Part shown: positions 33,238-43,317 of the stretch, in pieces
Layout of the letters: every line of letters starts with the position of its first letter
Position numbering within the stretch: position 1 is the stretch's first letter
Assembly (NCBI GenBank): GCA_965226885.1
Contig: CBDDEL010000017.1
Coordinates: 608,001 to 672,000 of the forward strand
From: Opitutales bacterium
GTDB lineage: Bacteria; Verrucomicrobiota; Verrucomicrobiia; Opitutales; UBA2987
Length of the DNA: 64,000 bases
Direction: 5' to 3'
Notes under the pieces: model-generated
Seen by the model: only the letters and a program-made list of their open reading frames with translations
Database searches by the model: none
Told to the model about the DNA's origin: nothing
Translations under genes and position numbers: made by a program

Positions 33238-34151
33238 AGTACCAGTTTGTCAAAGACAACGAGGGGCGCTTCAAGATCGAGGAAATATGCTCGGCGATGG
33301 GGATTTGTCGCAGTGGCTATTACTGCTGGAGGCACCGAGCGCCCTCGGCCCGGCGGATCGAGGACGAGGGAATCAAGGGGGCGATCCTGAAGGTACACAA
33401 AGAGGCCAAGGGCCGCTATGGGCATCGGCCAATGCACCGCCATCTGAAGGATGATGAGGGCATCGATTGCGGCCGTGACCGGGCTCTGCGTCTGATGCGT
33501 GAAATGGGAATCAAAAGCACCCAGAGTAAACGCTTTAAGCCATTAAAAACCAACAGTAACCATCCCTATGGTTACAGCCCCAATGTGCTTAAAAAGCATG
33601 GCCAGCCGACCCATATCGACGAGGTCTGGGTGGCGGACACGACCTACCTACGGACCCTGGCCGGTTGGATGTACTTGGCCACGGTGATGGACCTGTTCAG
33701 CCGACGCCTGCTGGGCTGGAGCGTTTCCAACCACAACGACGCGAAGCTGGTTGGCAAGGCCCTCAAAGCCGCGGCCATGACCCGCGGCACACTGCGCACC
33801 GGGATTATTCATCACAGCGATCGGGGCAGCCCCTACGCCAGCGACGACTATCAGAGGCTGGTCTCTGAACTAGGCATGAAGCCGAGCATGAGCGCCCAAG
33901 GCAACTGCTACGACAACGCGGCCATGGAATCGTTCTACGGCCGCTTCAAGACCAGCACGATTCGAGGCCGCCACTTTGCCGACGAGCGCGAACTGCGATC
34001 AACTGTCTTCGAATACGTGGAAATCTTCTACAACCGATATCGCAAACATTCCTCTCTGAGTTACCAAAGCCCAGTCCAATTCGAGGAAAATATTTGCCCC
34101 CCATGGGGGGCAACGAGAAAACAAAACCCTTTACCAAAACAAGCCGCCTGA
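33234..34151 (+). CDS. IS3 OrfB
   Basis: Same protein as 3074-3991. Confidence 0.92.
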   Translation: MKYQFVKDNEGRFKIEEICSAMGICRSGYYCWRHRAPSARRIEDEGIKGAILKVHKEAKGRYGHRPMHRHLKDDEGIDCGRDRALRLMREMGIKSTQSKRFKPLKTNSNHPYGYSPNVLKKHGQPTHIDEVWVADTTYLRTLAGWMYLATVMDLFSRRLLGWSVSNHNDAKLVGKALKAAAMTRGTLRTGIIHHSDRGSPYASDDYQRLVSELGMKPSMSAQGNCYDNAAMESFYGRFKTSTIRGRHFADERELRSTVFEYVEIFYNRYRKHSSLSYQSPVQFEENICPPWGATRKQNPLPKQAA

Positions 34152-34223
34152 CACACTAATCAATAAACAATGAATATAAGAGAATCCCGTGTCCAACAAA
34201 TCCAGTACACGTCAGCCTCTATC

Positions 34224-34688
34224 TAGTGTCACGTCAAGTTTCTAATGTCGGGTAAAGCCTTTTCAGTTTTATGCGGGCATCTTCGGTGCGAAACTGCCAG
34301 TTGACTTTGGCTTGCTGGTTATTGCGATGGTGCTGCCAGGATTGAACCTCCTTCTTAATCAGCGATATTTGCGCTATCCTTCGATTCAGGCATTGCCCCG
34401 TCAGCACATTCAATTCTATTTCCGCCATGTTCAGCCAGCTTCCATGTTTGGGTGTGTAGACGAATTCGAAACGATCCCACAACGCTTTGGCTTTCTTTGG
34501 CTCAAAGGTTTCATAGAGCGAGCCGGCTTGATGGGTGTTGAGGTTGTCCATCACCAAGGTGATCCGCCGGGCGCTGGCATACTCGGCGGCGAGTTCTTCT
34601 ATGAATAAAGCCCAGTCCCGTTTGGTTCTTCTTTCAGTGACTTTGGTCAGCCGCCGACCGGCCAAGGGTTCGCTGGCCATAAAAATAT
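34224..34688 (-). mobile_element. IS630-family remnant (C-terminal DDE part), 5'-truncated by IS1
   Basis: VMDNLNTH, YTPKHGSWLNMAEIE, ARIKLKRLYP; end ...GTGACACTA. Confidence 0.85.
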
Positions 34689-35490
34689 GGTAGTGTATTA
34701 AGTAGGAATGGTGGCTAATTCTTGATTATATTGATGAATGAAAAGTCTCAGACAGGTTTCATGCATACTCTTAAGCTTGGAAAAGGAGAGGGTTTTGCGT
34801 GTGAAACGACCCAGTCGTTGGCGCAGGGTATTGTTCCATCGTTCCACATGGGCCGTTTCACCGGTTTCTTTTCCCACGGATCGGTTATGAGGAAAGACTT
34901 CATCATAAGTGCTCCAAAAGTCGCTGTAGGTGGCACATCTTTTGTAGGCCCGTGGCAGACGCTCGTAAAGTTCCCGGCAACGATACCAATCCCGAGGCCC
35001 AATGGCATAGGAGAGGATTTGACGGGTGCGTCGGCAAAGAGCGATCCAAACCCATTGGGCATCGCTCTTGCGCCCCACAAAAGACCACAGTTCGTCCAGT
35101 TCAATGACATCATGGCGGCGGGCCGCAAGAATCGTGCTTTTGAGCGGTCGCAGCGATTGTCGTTTTTTTTAACCAACTCAAAACGGTGTTGGGACTCACC
35201 CCGAAGGCGCGCTGTAAACCGCGTAGACTGCTGCGTTCCTGATAGACTCGAAGGATCATTTCTTTTTGCTCTTCGGTGTATTTCACTGTGGGGTTTTCGC
35301 GGCTTTGTTTACCACAATCATGGCAGCGGTAGCGCTGTTTATGGTTGGGCGTCTTGCCAAATTTAATGATATTTTCACTTCCACAGTGCCGACAATTAAT
35401 AATTTTAGTAACCATGCACTAAGAATAAACTGCCTAACGCTATTTGTACAGCTAAAAATACAAAATAACATTCTTTTTTTATACACTACC
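34689..35490 (-). mobile_element. IS1 copy 2 (InsA/InsB 34698-35415)
   Basis: 802 bp, both IRs; flanks do not match. Confidence 0.95.
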
Positions 35491-35679
35491 CAAAAGGGTG
35501 ATTTTTGCGAGGGCTTTTGATAGGCGCTCATTTTAGAGGTATTTGCATTTGGGAGAGTATCAACTTTGCTCGCCTATGACGTTAGGATACTGGTTTTGGG
35601 GTCCGGTTGCCTGGTATTCTTTGTATGAGCCGACAGTAAGGCTGTGAAAAAGTATTGTCCTTGCTTTTCCGCTCTCTAG

Positions 35680-37246
35680 CCCGGATATTTCATGAAGGGT
35701 AAAGTTTGGCTCGTTATTGCTATTGGAGATGGATTTCTTTGTATTTTGAGCAGATCGTCTTGATTTTTAGGTGTTTTTCAGGGTGTAGAGACACTGCCCC
35801 CTTTCCCCCATTGGTTCGGTAGTGCCGGGGGCAGCACCAATGCACCCTTTAGGTTGGCACCAATCGGCGGGCCGCATGGTTGAAAAGACTGGCCCAAGGA
35901 TAACTCTCACTTAGGTGAAAGTGAATCGTTCGGGTGTTGCGCACGATGACCGCTCCGATCTTGATTAATTTGAGCCGCAGGGTGTGGCATTGGGCCCGCG
36001 CCCACTTCGTCCCTTTTAAGGCTAACCGGCGCATGGCTTCCATCAAGGTGTAGGCCAGCGCCGACAAGAGCAATCGCCACTGATTGGCCCACCATTGATG
36101 GGCGCTGGTGCGCTCGCTGAACAATTGCATCTGTTCCTTGATTCGGTTCTCCATTTCACCGCGGCCACAGTATACCTTGTCGTAAAGCTCCTGGGGATCG
36201 CCCGGCAGGTTCGTCACCACGAAGCGCGGGTTGGACCCCTGTGCGGTGTGTTCGGCTTTATGGATGACCAACCGCAGCCATCGCCACGAATCGGCAGTAT
36301 AGACGAAGTCCTGGAATAACCGTTGTTTTTTACCCCTTAGTTCGAACCATTCTTTGGCCTGCTTTTGCAACTGCTGGGCGTCTTGCTGCAAGCGTGCATT
36401 GCGAGCCATCCCCACGATGTAACTAACTTCGTTGCGGTCGCACCAAGAGAGTATCCGGTCTCGACAAAATCCACTGTCGGCGCGCCAAATAATCCGCGTA
36501 CGGGGCCAGCTTTGGCGAATCCGTTTAACCAGCAATTTGAGGATGGCCCCGGCATGCTTGCTGGCATCGATCTTGCTCGGCCGCAGGTAGGCCACCAGCA
36601 GCTGATCACCGCAAAAAACATATAGCGGCAGAAAACAGTAATGATCATAATAACCGTGGAAAAAACGTCCCTCCTGGAGCCCGTGCACCGGATTGTCGGT
36701 GGCGTCAAAGTCCAGGATGATCTCTTCGGGTTCCTCGGCAAAGGAGCCCATGAACTGTTCGACCAACAGCTCGTTTACCGCAAAGGCCGCCCGCCGATCC
36801 TGCCCGTTTTCAAAACGACACAAAGTCGGCGCGCTGGCCAACGTTTCAATGCGCCCCGTTACCGTTTGCAACAATGGATCGTGGCGCAGGGTATCAAAGT
36901 CGTTCAAATCCTCATAGCCCGCCACCAGCCCGTAAACGCGCTGCCGCAGCATCCCCAATACCTCATGGCGTACTTTGCCCTTCTGCCGTTTGTCCACTAA
37001 CTGTCGGGCCGCTCGTTCGGTCAAGCCCAACTGCCGATCCACTTCCCGGATCAAAAGCAGTCCGGCATCCGAAGTAACCTCTCCGCCCTTGAAATCAACC
37101 CGCACACGGCGGCCTTTTACCCTTGTCAACTGTAGCTTTAATTGTTTACCTTTTGTCATCGCTGATATTGCTTTAATTATTGATCTATCCTGCTGTATAT
37201 CAGCAGTTAAGCATATCAACGATACTTTTTTTACGAAATATCCGGG
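35680..37246 (-). mobile_element. IS1380 copy 4 (1567 bp)
   Basis: IRs intact; CTAG TSD overlaps the host transposase stop codon. Confidence 0.95.
35849..37159 (-). CDS. IS1380-family transposase
   Basis: Near-identical to copy 1. Confidence 0.93.
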   Translation of the reverse strand: MTKGKQLKLQLTRVKGRRVRVDFKGGEVTSDAGLLLIREVDRQLGLTERAARQLVDKRQKGKVRHEVLGMLRQRVYGLVAGYEDLNDFDTLRHDPLLQTVTGRIETLASAPTLCRFENGQDRRAAFAVNELLVEQFMGSFAEEPEEIILDFDATDNPVHGLQEGRFFHGYYDHYCFLPLYVFCGDQLLVAYLRPSKIDASKHAGAILKLLVKRIRQSWPRTRIIWRADSGFCRDRILSWCDRNEVSYIVGMARNARLQQDAQQLQKQAKEWFELRGKKQRLFQDFVYTADSWRWLRLVIHKAEHTAQGSNPRFVVTNLPGDPQELYDKVYCGRGEMENRIKEQMQLFSERTSAHQWWANQWRLLLSALAYTLMEAMRRLALKGTKWARAQCHTLRLKLIKIGAVIVRNTRTIHFHLSESYPWASLFNHAARRLVPT

Positions 37247-38747
37247 CTAGGCCGCCGCTTTGGTTTTTAGTTCGTCTTGCTGGGCCAGCATCTTGGCTAC
37301 TTTCCATAGGTTGTGCGAGAGTACCGACCAGGCTACGCTGCTCGAGCGGTTGGCAAAGCCTTTGCTGCGCAACCGCCCGGCCTGCCAGCGATTCTTCAAT
37401 ACCCCGATCCGCCCTTCGGTGCTGGCCCGGCGCTTTTGCAATTGTCTGAACAGTGGTTCCTCCATCCGTTTTTTCAACTGCTTCGGATCGCGTGGACAGA
37501 GCGCGTCGTAGATTCCCTCCTGGGCTAACTGCCGGCGGGCCCGCTGGGAGGCAAATCCCCGGTCCGCGCACATGGCCGCTATGGGTTCTTCCAGGTTGAA
37601 GCGGTTCTGTCTTTGCAAACTCTCTTGCATTTGTTCATTTTCGCTTGGAGTTCGGCTGCCGTAGAGTTTCCAGTCCAGCAGGTACCCTTCAACGCTTTCT
37701 CCCAAAAACAGGGTGTTGCCGAACTCGACCTCTTGGCCCGCTTTACCTCGCACAATCACCTGCCCATCGAGTTCGTAAACACTCAAGACTTTCTCTGCGT
37801 TTCTCACCTGGCGGCCGCCAATGATCCGCTCGTGCGCCTGTTTGATGACCACCGGGATTTGCTCGCTCATGCGCTCCATCCGGGCGAGGATCTGTTGGAC
37901 CTGTTTTTCGCTGTAATCGCTTTGCTCCCAGCAGGCTTGCAATAATTCCCGGTGACTGCGGGCATGCTCCCCGATCCGTTTGAGCAGCTTTTTCATCTGC
38001 CTCAAGATACCCTTGCGCTGCCGCGCGCTGTCCTTTCGCCGCCGGCTGTGGGTCATCTGTATGCACAGCCGATTCATCTGCCGAGCCAAGGGCTCCGGTT
38101 CGATCGGCATGCGATGGCGCAAACCGGCCTTCTCGCGGATCAGCCGGATCGCTTTGAGCAACGTGCCGGCTACATCCTTGAGTAATACCCAGTCCGTCGG
38201 CCAATGAATGTTAGCCTCCACAATGAATGTTAGCCTCCAAACAGGTGCCGTCGATCAGGCAAATGGTGATGTCAATCGGCTTGTCCAATCCCACCTGCCG
38301 GGCCAGAAGGGCATCGCCCACCACCTCAGTCAAGGTCCGGTGCAAGGCCCTCAACTGCTCTTCGCTGAAAAACTTCGAGGCCCGCTCCAGGGTGCTTTTG
38401 GAGATGCCCCTGATGCCATCGATCTGCCGGACACGGCAAAAGTCGGCCAACAGATCGCTGCTGCCCAGAGCCCGCGACAAATGCCGAAACGAAATCCCTC
38501 CGAGCAGACGGCCCAGCGTATCCATGCGCAGTGCCTTGATGGCAAAACTGGCCCGCTGCCGCCGGGCCTTTAGACCCATTGGCGGCCACCCCTCCAAGGC
38601 CAGCTCAATGGCCTGCGATTCCACCTCCGAGTCGATCAGCAGCCGATCGATTCGATCAATGGTGGCGCGGAAGTTATCGTAATCGAGGCACCGGTCGACC
38701 ACAGTTAAAGCTGGACGCAGGAGGCATTGGATGGCTATATTTTTCAT
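37247..38747 (-). pseudogene. IS5-like transposase frameshifted by a 19-bp tandem duplication
   Basis: CAATGAATGTTAGCCTCCA x2 at 38202-38239 splits it into 178-aa and 324-aa ORFs. Confidence 0.9.
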
Positions 38748-39409
38748 AGAAAGGGCTATATTGATTTTCGCTAACTCAATTATAGAACCCTTTTTTGGCC
38801 GGATCGAGCAAAAACTTGCTCTTTCCGGCTCTTTTTATCAACGTCATCCAGTTGACTATAAAATCTTTATATTTTTGGGACAGCCTCTAGAATAGCTTGA
38901 ACTCCTCGAACGAGTATTTGGCTTGGTTATCGGCCATCTTTCTTCAGCGAACTATATGTAGGCGGCAAATACGCCGGGACAATTATGTACATTATCCTTT
39001 CGACCGATTTATTCAATAATATTCGTAATTCTTTGATAAACAACAGGTTCACAAGGTTATGCCTGAAAAGGAGCAAAATGATATGCGTCATTTTTGCCGC
39101 CTAATTGAAAACAATTACGGCGCCTATTAATTTATTTAGATGCGTACACGCATCATTTTATACAAGCAAAGTTCCCCAACACCACCCATTTGAGGCATCA
39201 ATGCTTGGCCAACTCCCTGCCAAGGCGGAAATTGAACGCGTCACTTTGGAAAAACAGTAATATTACCCCAAAAGTATAACCCGGCATGGATATATTGGGA
39301 CATGTCTTGACTTCTTTTGAAGACTTAAATTTGACCGAAGTTCTTCTTCTCCAAAGAGTTGACCGCTCGCGACAAATAATGATTTATTCTGAAATGGAGA
39401 CCGTTACGT

Positions 39410-39449
39410 TTTAGAAAACCGATGCTCTATCTGACTGAGCTACTCCCGC
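39410..39449 (-). pseudogene. 5' half of tRNA-Arg(TCT); probable att-site scar
   Basis: GCGGGAG TA GCTC AGTCAGATA GAGC A TCGGT TTTCTAA A, then diverges; no 3' half found. Confidence 0.75.
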
Positions 39450-39517
39450 TTTCTTTACTAATACCCATACCACCCAAAAGTCCAAGAGCAATCAAAAATG
39501 CTGACCTTAATTTATAG

Positions 39518-40657
39518 CTAATACTGGTTCCAACTAAATAGGGTGGACTCTGCCAACCACGGCGGCGTTTCGGGGATTAGCCAAGTTATTAATCCGGCAA
39601 TTGAATAGTAACAGTTAAGCGGCGAAGCGGCGTATTGAACATCCCGATGATGGAAGAGTTTTTTAATCAAAATTGGTTTTCGTTGCCTGCTGCGCAGGTG
39701 GGTTCGCAGACTTCCCTGCAACTCAATTTGGCTGCGCGGGGCCGGCAGGTTCTTCAAGTTCGCTTTGACCGTGTTATTCAAATACTCATCGGGGTTCAAT
39801 TCGGGACTGTAAGATGGTAGATAAAAAATCTCGATCCTATCGCGGTGGGCTTCAATCCAACCGGTTACTTTTTTAGCATGATGCACTCTCAGATTGTCCA
39901 CAATGAGAAAGATTTTCCGTTTGGCTCCTTTGATTAACTGGCGCAGAAATTTGATAAACAGTTCCACATTCAAGGCTCCCTTGTAAACCATGAAACGCAG
40001 CTTTCCACGGTTGGTTATAGTCGAGATCATGCTCGTGCTAAAACGACGCGCACTGCGTTTGGCAACTGGCGTTTTACCGCGCGGAGCATAACCTCTTCCC
40101 CGATGATCTTCGCTACTGATGCCGGTTTCATCTCCCCAGTGGATTTGGGCCTGTTGCGCTTTGGCTCTGGCTTCGATGGCCGGGTAAGTTTGATCAAGCC
40201 ACTTCTTAATCGCCTCAGGCTGCTGCTCATAGGCTTGTCTTCGAGGTTTTTGTGGAGTGAAACCCCAACGGCGAAGATACTCGCCCACCGTGCGGATCGG
40301 CATCTTCAAAGCAAACTGCCTTTCAATCAACTCTTGCACCGCTTGGCGCGTCCACAGGGCAAAGGGCATCTTAAGCTGGTCGGGTCTCTTATCGGTAATC
40401 ATTCGGCACACCATGCGCTCTTGTTGGGAGCTCAATCTTCGACATTGGCCCTGCCGACGGCCCCGTTGTCCAAGCCGCAGGGCTTTTGGCCCTCCATTTC
40501 GGTAAAGGGCCCACCATTTGCGCACAGCGCTGATCGATACCTTTAAAACCACGGAAACCTCTTCATAAGTGCAACCCTCTCTTTTCAGATCCACCGCCCG
40601 ACACCTCAGCTCATATATAGTCTCTTCGCTTAGTGAACGCGCATCATTCCTATTCAT
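39518..40657 (-). CDS. IS630 transposase, C-terminus extended by loss of the in-frame stop
   Basis: WGDETG, IVDNLRVH, LPSYSPELNPDE; an 8-bp duplication shifts YAA-stop out of frame. Confidence 0.9.
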   Translation of the reverse strand: MNRNDARSLSEETIYELRCRAVDLKREGCTYEEVSVVLKVSISAVRKWWALYRNGGPKALRLGQRGRRQGQCRRLSSQQERMVCRMITDKRPDQLKMPFALWTRQAVQELIERQFALKMPIRTVGEYLRRWGFTPQKPRRQAYEQQPEAIKKWLDQTYPAIEARAKAQQAQIHWGDETGISSEDHRGRGYAPRGKTPVAKRSARRFSTSMISTITNRGKLRFMVYKGALNVELFIKFLRQLIKGAKRKIFLIVDNLRVHHAKKVTGWIEAHRDRIEIFYLPSYSPELNPDEYLNNTVKANLKNLPAPRSQIELQGSLRTHLRSRQRKPILIKKLFHHRDVQYAASPLNCYYSIAGLITWLIPETPPWLAESTLFSWNQY

Positions 40658-40710
40658 GAACCTACTTTAGCATAAGTTATTGATATGTCACTATTTATTT
40701 GCCGGATTAA
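39589..40710 (-). mobile_element. IS630-family element
   Basis: IR TTAATCCGGCAA at both ends; TA duplication at 39587-39588 and 40711-40712. Confidence 0.93.
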
Positions 40711-40862
40711 TAGTGGGTTTCTTTTATTAGCCTTTTGAACCTTATAGACCAACAAGAACTACATGAACTTAACGGACTGTTGATGTAAGTATGTTGTAAC
40801 TTTGAAGGATTTGCAAAGTAGAAAAATTAACTATATTACTTATAATCAATTATTTATAAAAT

Positions 40863-40936
40863 TGGTGCGGGCGGGGGGAATCGAACCCCCACTTCAAGCT
40901 TGGGAAGCTCACGTTCTACCACTAAACCACGCCCGC
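40863..40936 (-). tRNA. tRNA-Gly(CCC)
   Basis: GCGGGCGTGGTTTAGTGGTAGAACGTGAGCTTCCCAAGCTTGAAGTGGGGGTTCGATTCCCCCCGCCCGCACCA; full cloverleaf with encoded CCA. Confidence 0.95.
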
Positions 40937-41060
40937 GTTGGTTGATGCGAAAAAGCTCCGGTCGAATATTCGCATTTATAATCAAAAAAAATTTGGCTGC
41001 AGTTTGGCAACTACAAAATGCTTTGGCCCTCGTCTTCTCTTTACAATGTTAATAATATTC

Positions 41061-41657
41061 TCAATGAAAGTCCCGGCGCCCGTCGAGGGCGCTTTTCAGG
41101 GTGACCGAATCGGCATAGACGATGCCGCCTCCACTGGGCAGGCCGAACCCGATGCGAGATACTTTGACGGGGTGGTCCCCAATAATGGTTTCCTGAATGT
41201 AATGACAGGTAGCCTCACCCTCGATATCGTTGGAGAGTGCCAGGATGATTTCGGCAACCTCTCCTTGGGCCAATCGCCGACCGAGTTTTTCCAGATTGAG
41301 GTCGTCCGGCCCGATTTTTTGAAGGGGAGCCAACTTTCCATGTAAAACATGATAGAGGCCGTGGTAGGCTCCCGACCGTTCGATGGCGGCCAGGTCAGGC
41401 ACTTGCTCGACGACACAGATTACATCCTGCAATCGCTTTGGGTGAATGCAGATGGGGCAAAGTTCTTCTTCGCAAAGGTTTCCGCACTGTTCGCAACTTT
41501 GGATTTTTCCGGCCGCTTCTTCCAGAGCATTTGCCAACTCCGGCAGCAGGGATGGTTTTTCCACTGTGAGGTGCAGGGCTATCTTTTCCGCCGACCGGTA
41601 ACCAAGCCCCGGCAGTTTCTTGAGTACTTTTTGCAGTTTTTCAAAGGAAGGTGTCAT
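41061..41657 (-). CDS. recR: Recombination mediator RecR
   Basis: LPGLGYRSA HhH, C4 zinc finger, ICVVE, YHVLHG, EGEAT, SRIGFGLP. Confidence 0.96.
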   Translation of the reverse strand: MTPSFEKLQKVLKKLPGLGYRSAEKIALHLTVEKPSLLPELANALEEAAGKIQSCEQCGNLCEEELCPICIHPKRLQDVICVVEQVPDLAAIERSGAYHGLYHVLHGKLAPLQKIGPDDLNLEKLGRRLAQGEVAEIILALSNDIEGEATCHYIQETIIGDHPVKVSRIGFGLPSGGGIVYADSVTLKSALDGRRDFH

Positions 41658-42316
41658 GAGGATAGGATTGAACCGGCAATTCGCCTGGGAGCAAGATGTA
41701 AAATGGCGTCTGAAAAATCGCGTTTGGCAATTCGGTTCAACAGTTTCCTGTGAACACGCCGATAGGCCGACTCCAATGCGGCGGGATCAATTTTTCCTGA
41801 TTTTCCTTCTTCCTGGCAGACGGCCACAGGAGGTCCGATTTCGATGAATACCTCGGGCCGGGTCCATTTGCCAAAGACGATTTTCTTAGCCATTGGCAGG
41901 GCGGTGTATTGGGAATTTTCAAGAAAAACAGCCATTTCTGAGCTAAGTCCAAAATCGTGTTCTACGTTTCGGTTGGAGTTGGAAAAGTTACTGCAATTAA
42001 TGAAAATAGTAGGCTGGCAAGCTCCCAAGCCCTTCCCGTAATCTCTTTTAGGGTCCAACAAAATAGTATTGAGCATTCTTCTCGATTTAAGAGAAAATAT
42101 CGGGTCCAGGCGGTACCGCTCGATGACCGGAACTTCTAAAATCCGATCCCACCAGGAATGCGGGCCGCAAAAAAACAGGATCGGGCGATTCTCTGGATCC
42201 CTCAAATACCCGTCCGGCGCCCACAAGCGAATGCTTTGCAAATATCGTTTGAATAAACTATATTCCAAAAAATATAACCGACGCTCGGAAAAAAAACGAT
42301 TTCTCAACCTTATCAT
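41654..42316 (-). CDS. Lysophospholipid acyltransferase-like protein, divergent
   Basis: PILFFCGPHSWWD, RPEVFIEIGPP; ATGA overlap with recR. Confidence 0.5.
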   Translation of the reverse strand: MIRLRNRFFSERRLYFLEYSLFKRYLQSIRLWAPDGYLRDPENRPILFFCGPHSWWDRILEVPVIERYRLDPIFSLKSRRMLNTILLDPKRDYGKGLGACQPTIFINCSNFSNSNRNVEHDFGLSSEMAVFLENSQYTALPMAKKIVFGKWTRPEVFIEIGPPVAVCQEEGKSGKIDPAALESAYRRVHRKLLNRIAKRDFSDAILHLAPRRIAGSILSS

Positions 42317-42369
42317 TATCGAAAATTAACAGAACGAAATTTGTGTTCATTTAAAAGTTTTGAAAAACC

Positions 42370-43290
42370 ATGACAGCAGACCCCGTTAATATCGCCGAGG
42401 TATCGGACTACTTAATACAACTGCAGGAAAAGATCCTCTCTGCGGTAAGCCATATGGATAGCGGAGTCGTCGTGAAAAAAGATCGCTGGGAACGTCCCGA
42501 GGGAGGAGGGGGCCGCACGATAGCCTTTGAAGGAGGAAAGTTATTTGAAAAGGGAGGCGTGAATTTTTCCGATGTCTGCGGCAGCCAACTTCCTCCTTCG
42601 GCCACGGCGGGCCAGCCGGAACTGGCCGGAGCAGGATTTCGGGCTTTGGGAGTATCGGTGGTCTTTCATCCTTTAAATCCTTACGTTCCCACAACTCATA
42701 TGAATGTGCGGTTTTTTGCCGCCACGGGTGAGAAAAGCGAAAATAAAAATATTTGGTGGTTTGGCGGGGGGTTTGACCTGACTCCCTATTACCCGTCGGC
42801 AGAAGATGCCGTTCATTGGCACACGACCGCGCGCCGGGCCTGCCAACCGTTCGGGAGCGAACTCTATCCGAGGTTCAAAAAATGGTGTGACCGTTATTTT
42901 TATCTCAAGCACCGTCAGGAATGCCGGGGAATCGGCGGCTTGTTTTTCGATGATTTTAACGAGTTCGGTTTCGATAAATCATTCGGCTTCATGAAGAGTG
43001 TGGCCGATCATTTCCTGCCCGCCTATCTACCCATTGTAGAGCGCCGCAAAGACACCCCATTCACCGGACAGGAGCGCAATTTTCAATTATACCGGCGAGG
43101 ACGTTATGTGGAGTTCAACCTGGTTTACGACCGGGGGACTCTGTTCGGTTTACAGTCGGGTGGGCGCACGGAATCCATACTCATGTCGCTACCGCCTGTC
43201 GTACATTGGATATACGATTGGAAACCGGATGAAGGCAGCCAGGAAGAGCGATTGCACAAAGACTTTCTCCAGCCGAGAGACTGGGTTTAA
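42370..43290 (+). CDS. hemF: Oxygen-dependent coproporphyrinogen III oxidase
   Basis: [53 protein letters not shown]. Confidence 0.97.
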   Translation: MTADPVNIAEVSDYLIQLQEKILSAVSHMDSGVVVKKDRWERPEGGGGRTIAFEGGKLFEKGGVNFSDVCGSQLPPSATAGQPELAGAGFRALGVSVVFHPLNPYVPTTHMNVRFFAATGEKSENKNIWWFGGGFDLTPYYPSAEDAVHWHTTARRACQPFGSELYPRFKKWCDRYFYLKHRQECRGIGGLFFDDFNEFGFDKSFGFMKSVADHFLPAYLPIVERRKDTPFTGQERNFQLYRRGRYVEFNLVYDRGTLFGLQSGGRTESILMSLPPVVHWIYDWKPDEGSQEERLHKDFLQPRDWV

Positions 43291-43317
43291 AGCCAATCAG
43301 GCCACGCCAATTCGGAT

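Larger units (their letters stand above)
32887..34214 (+). mobile_element. IS3-family element, copy 2
   Basis: Near-identical to 3011-4338; no matching TSD. Confidence 0.95.
35491..38887 (-). mobile_element. IS5/IS1182-like element, copy 3 (IR clipped, IS1380 inside, frameshifted)
   Basis: Outer 10 nt of one IR missing; other IR ends at 38887. Confidence 0.9.

Noticed and set aside
38895..39409. Group I intron in tRNA-Arg
   Set aside because: No 3' exon and no convincing P1/P7 elements seen before the IS; not fully excluded without a covariance search
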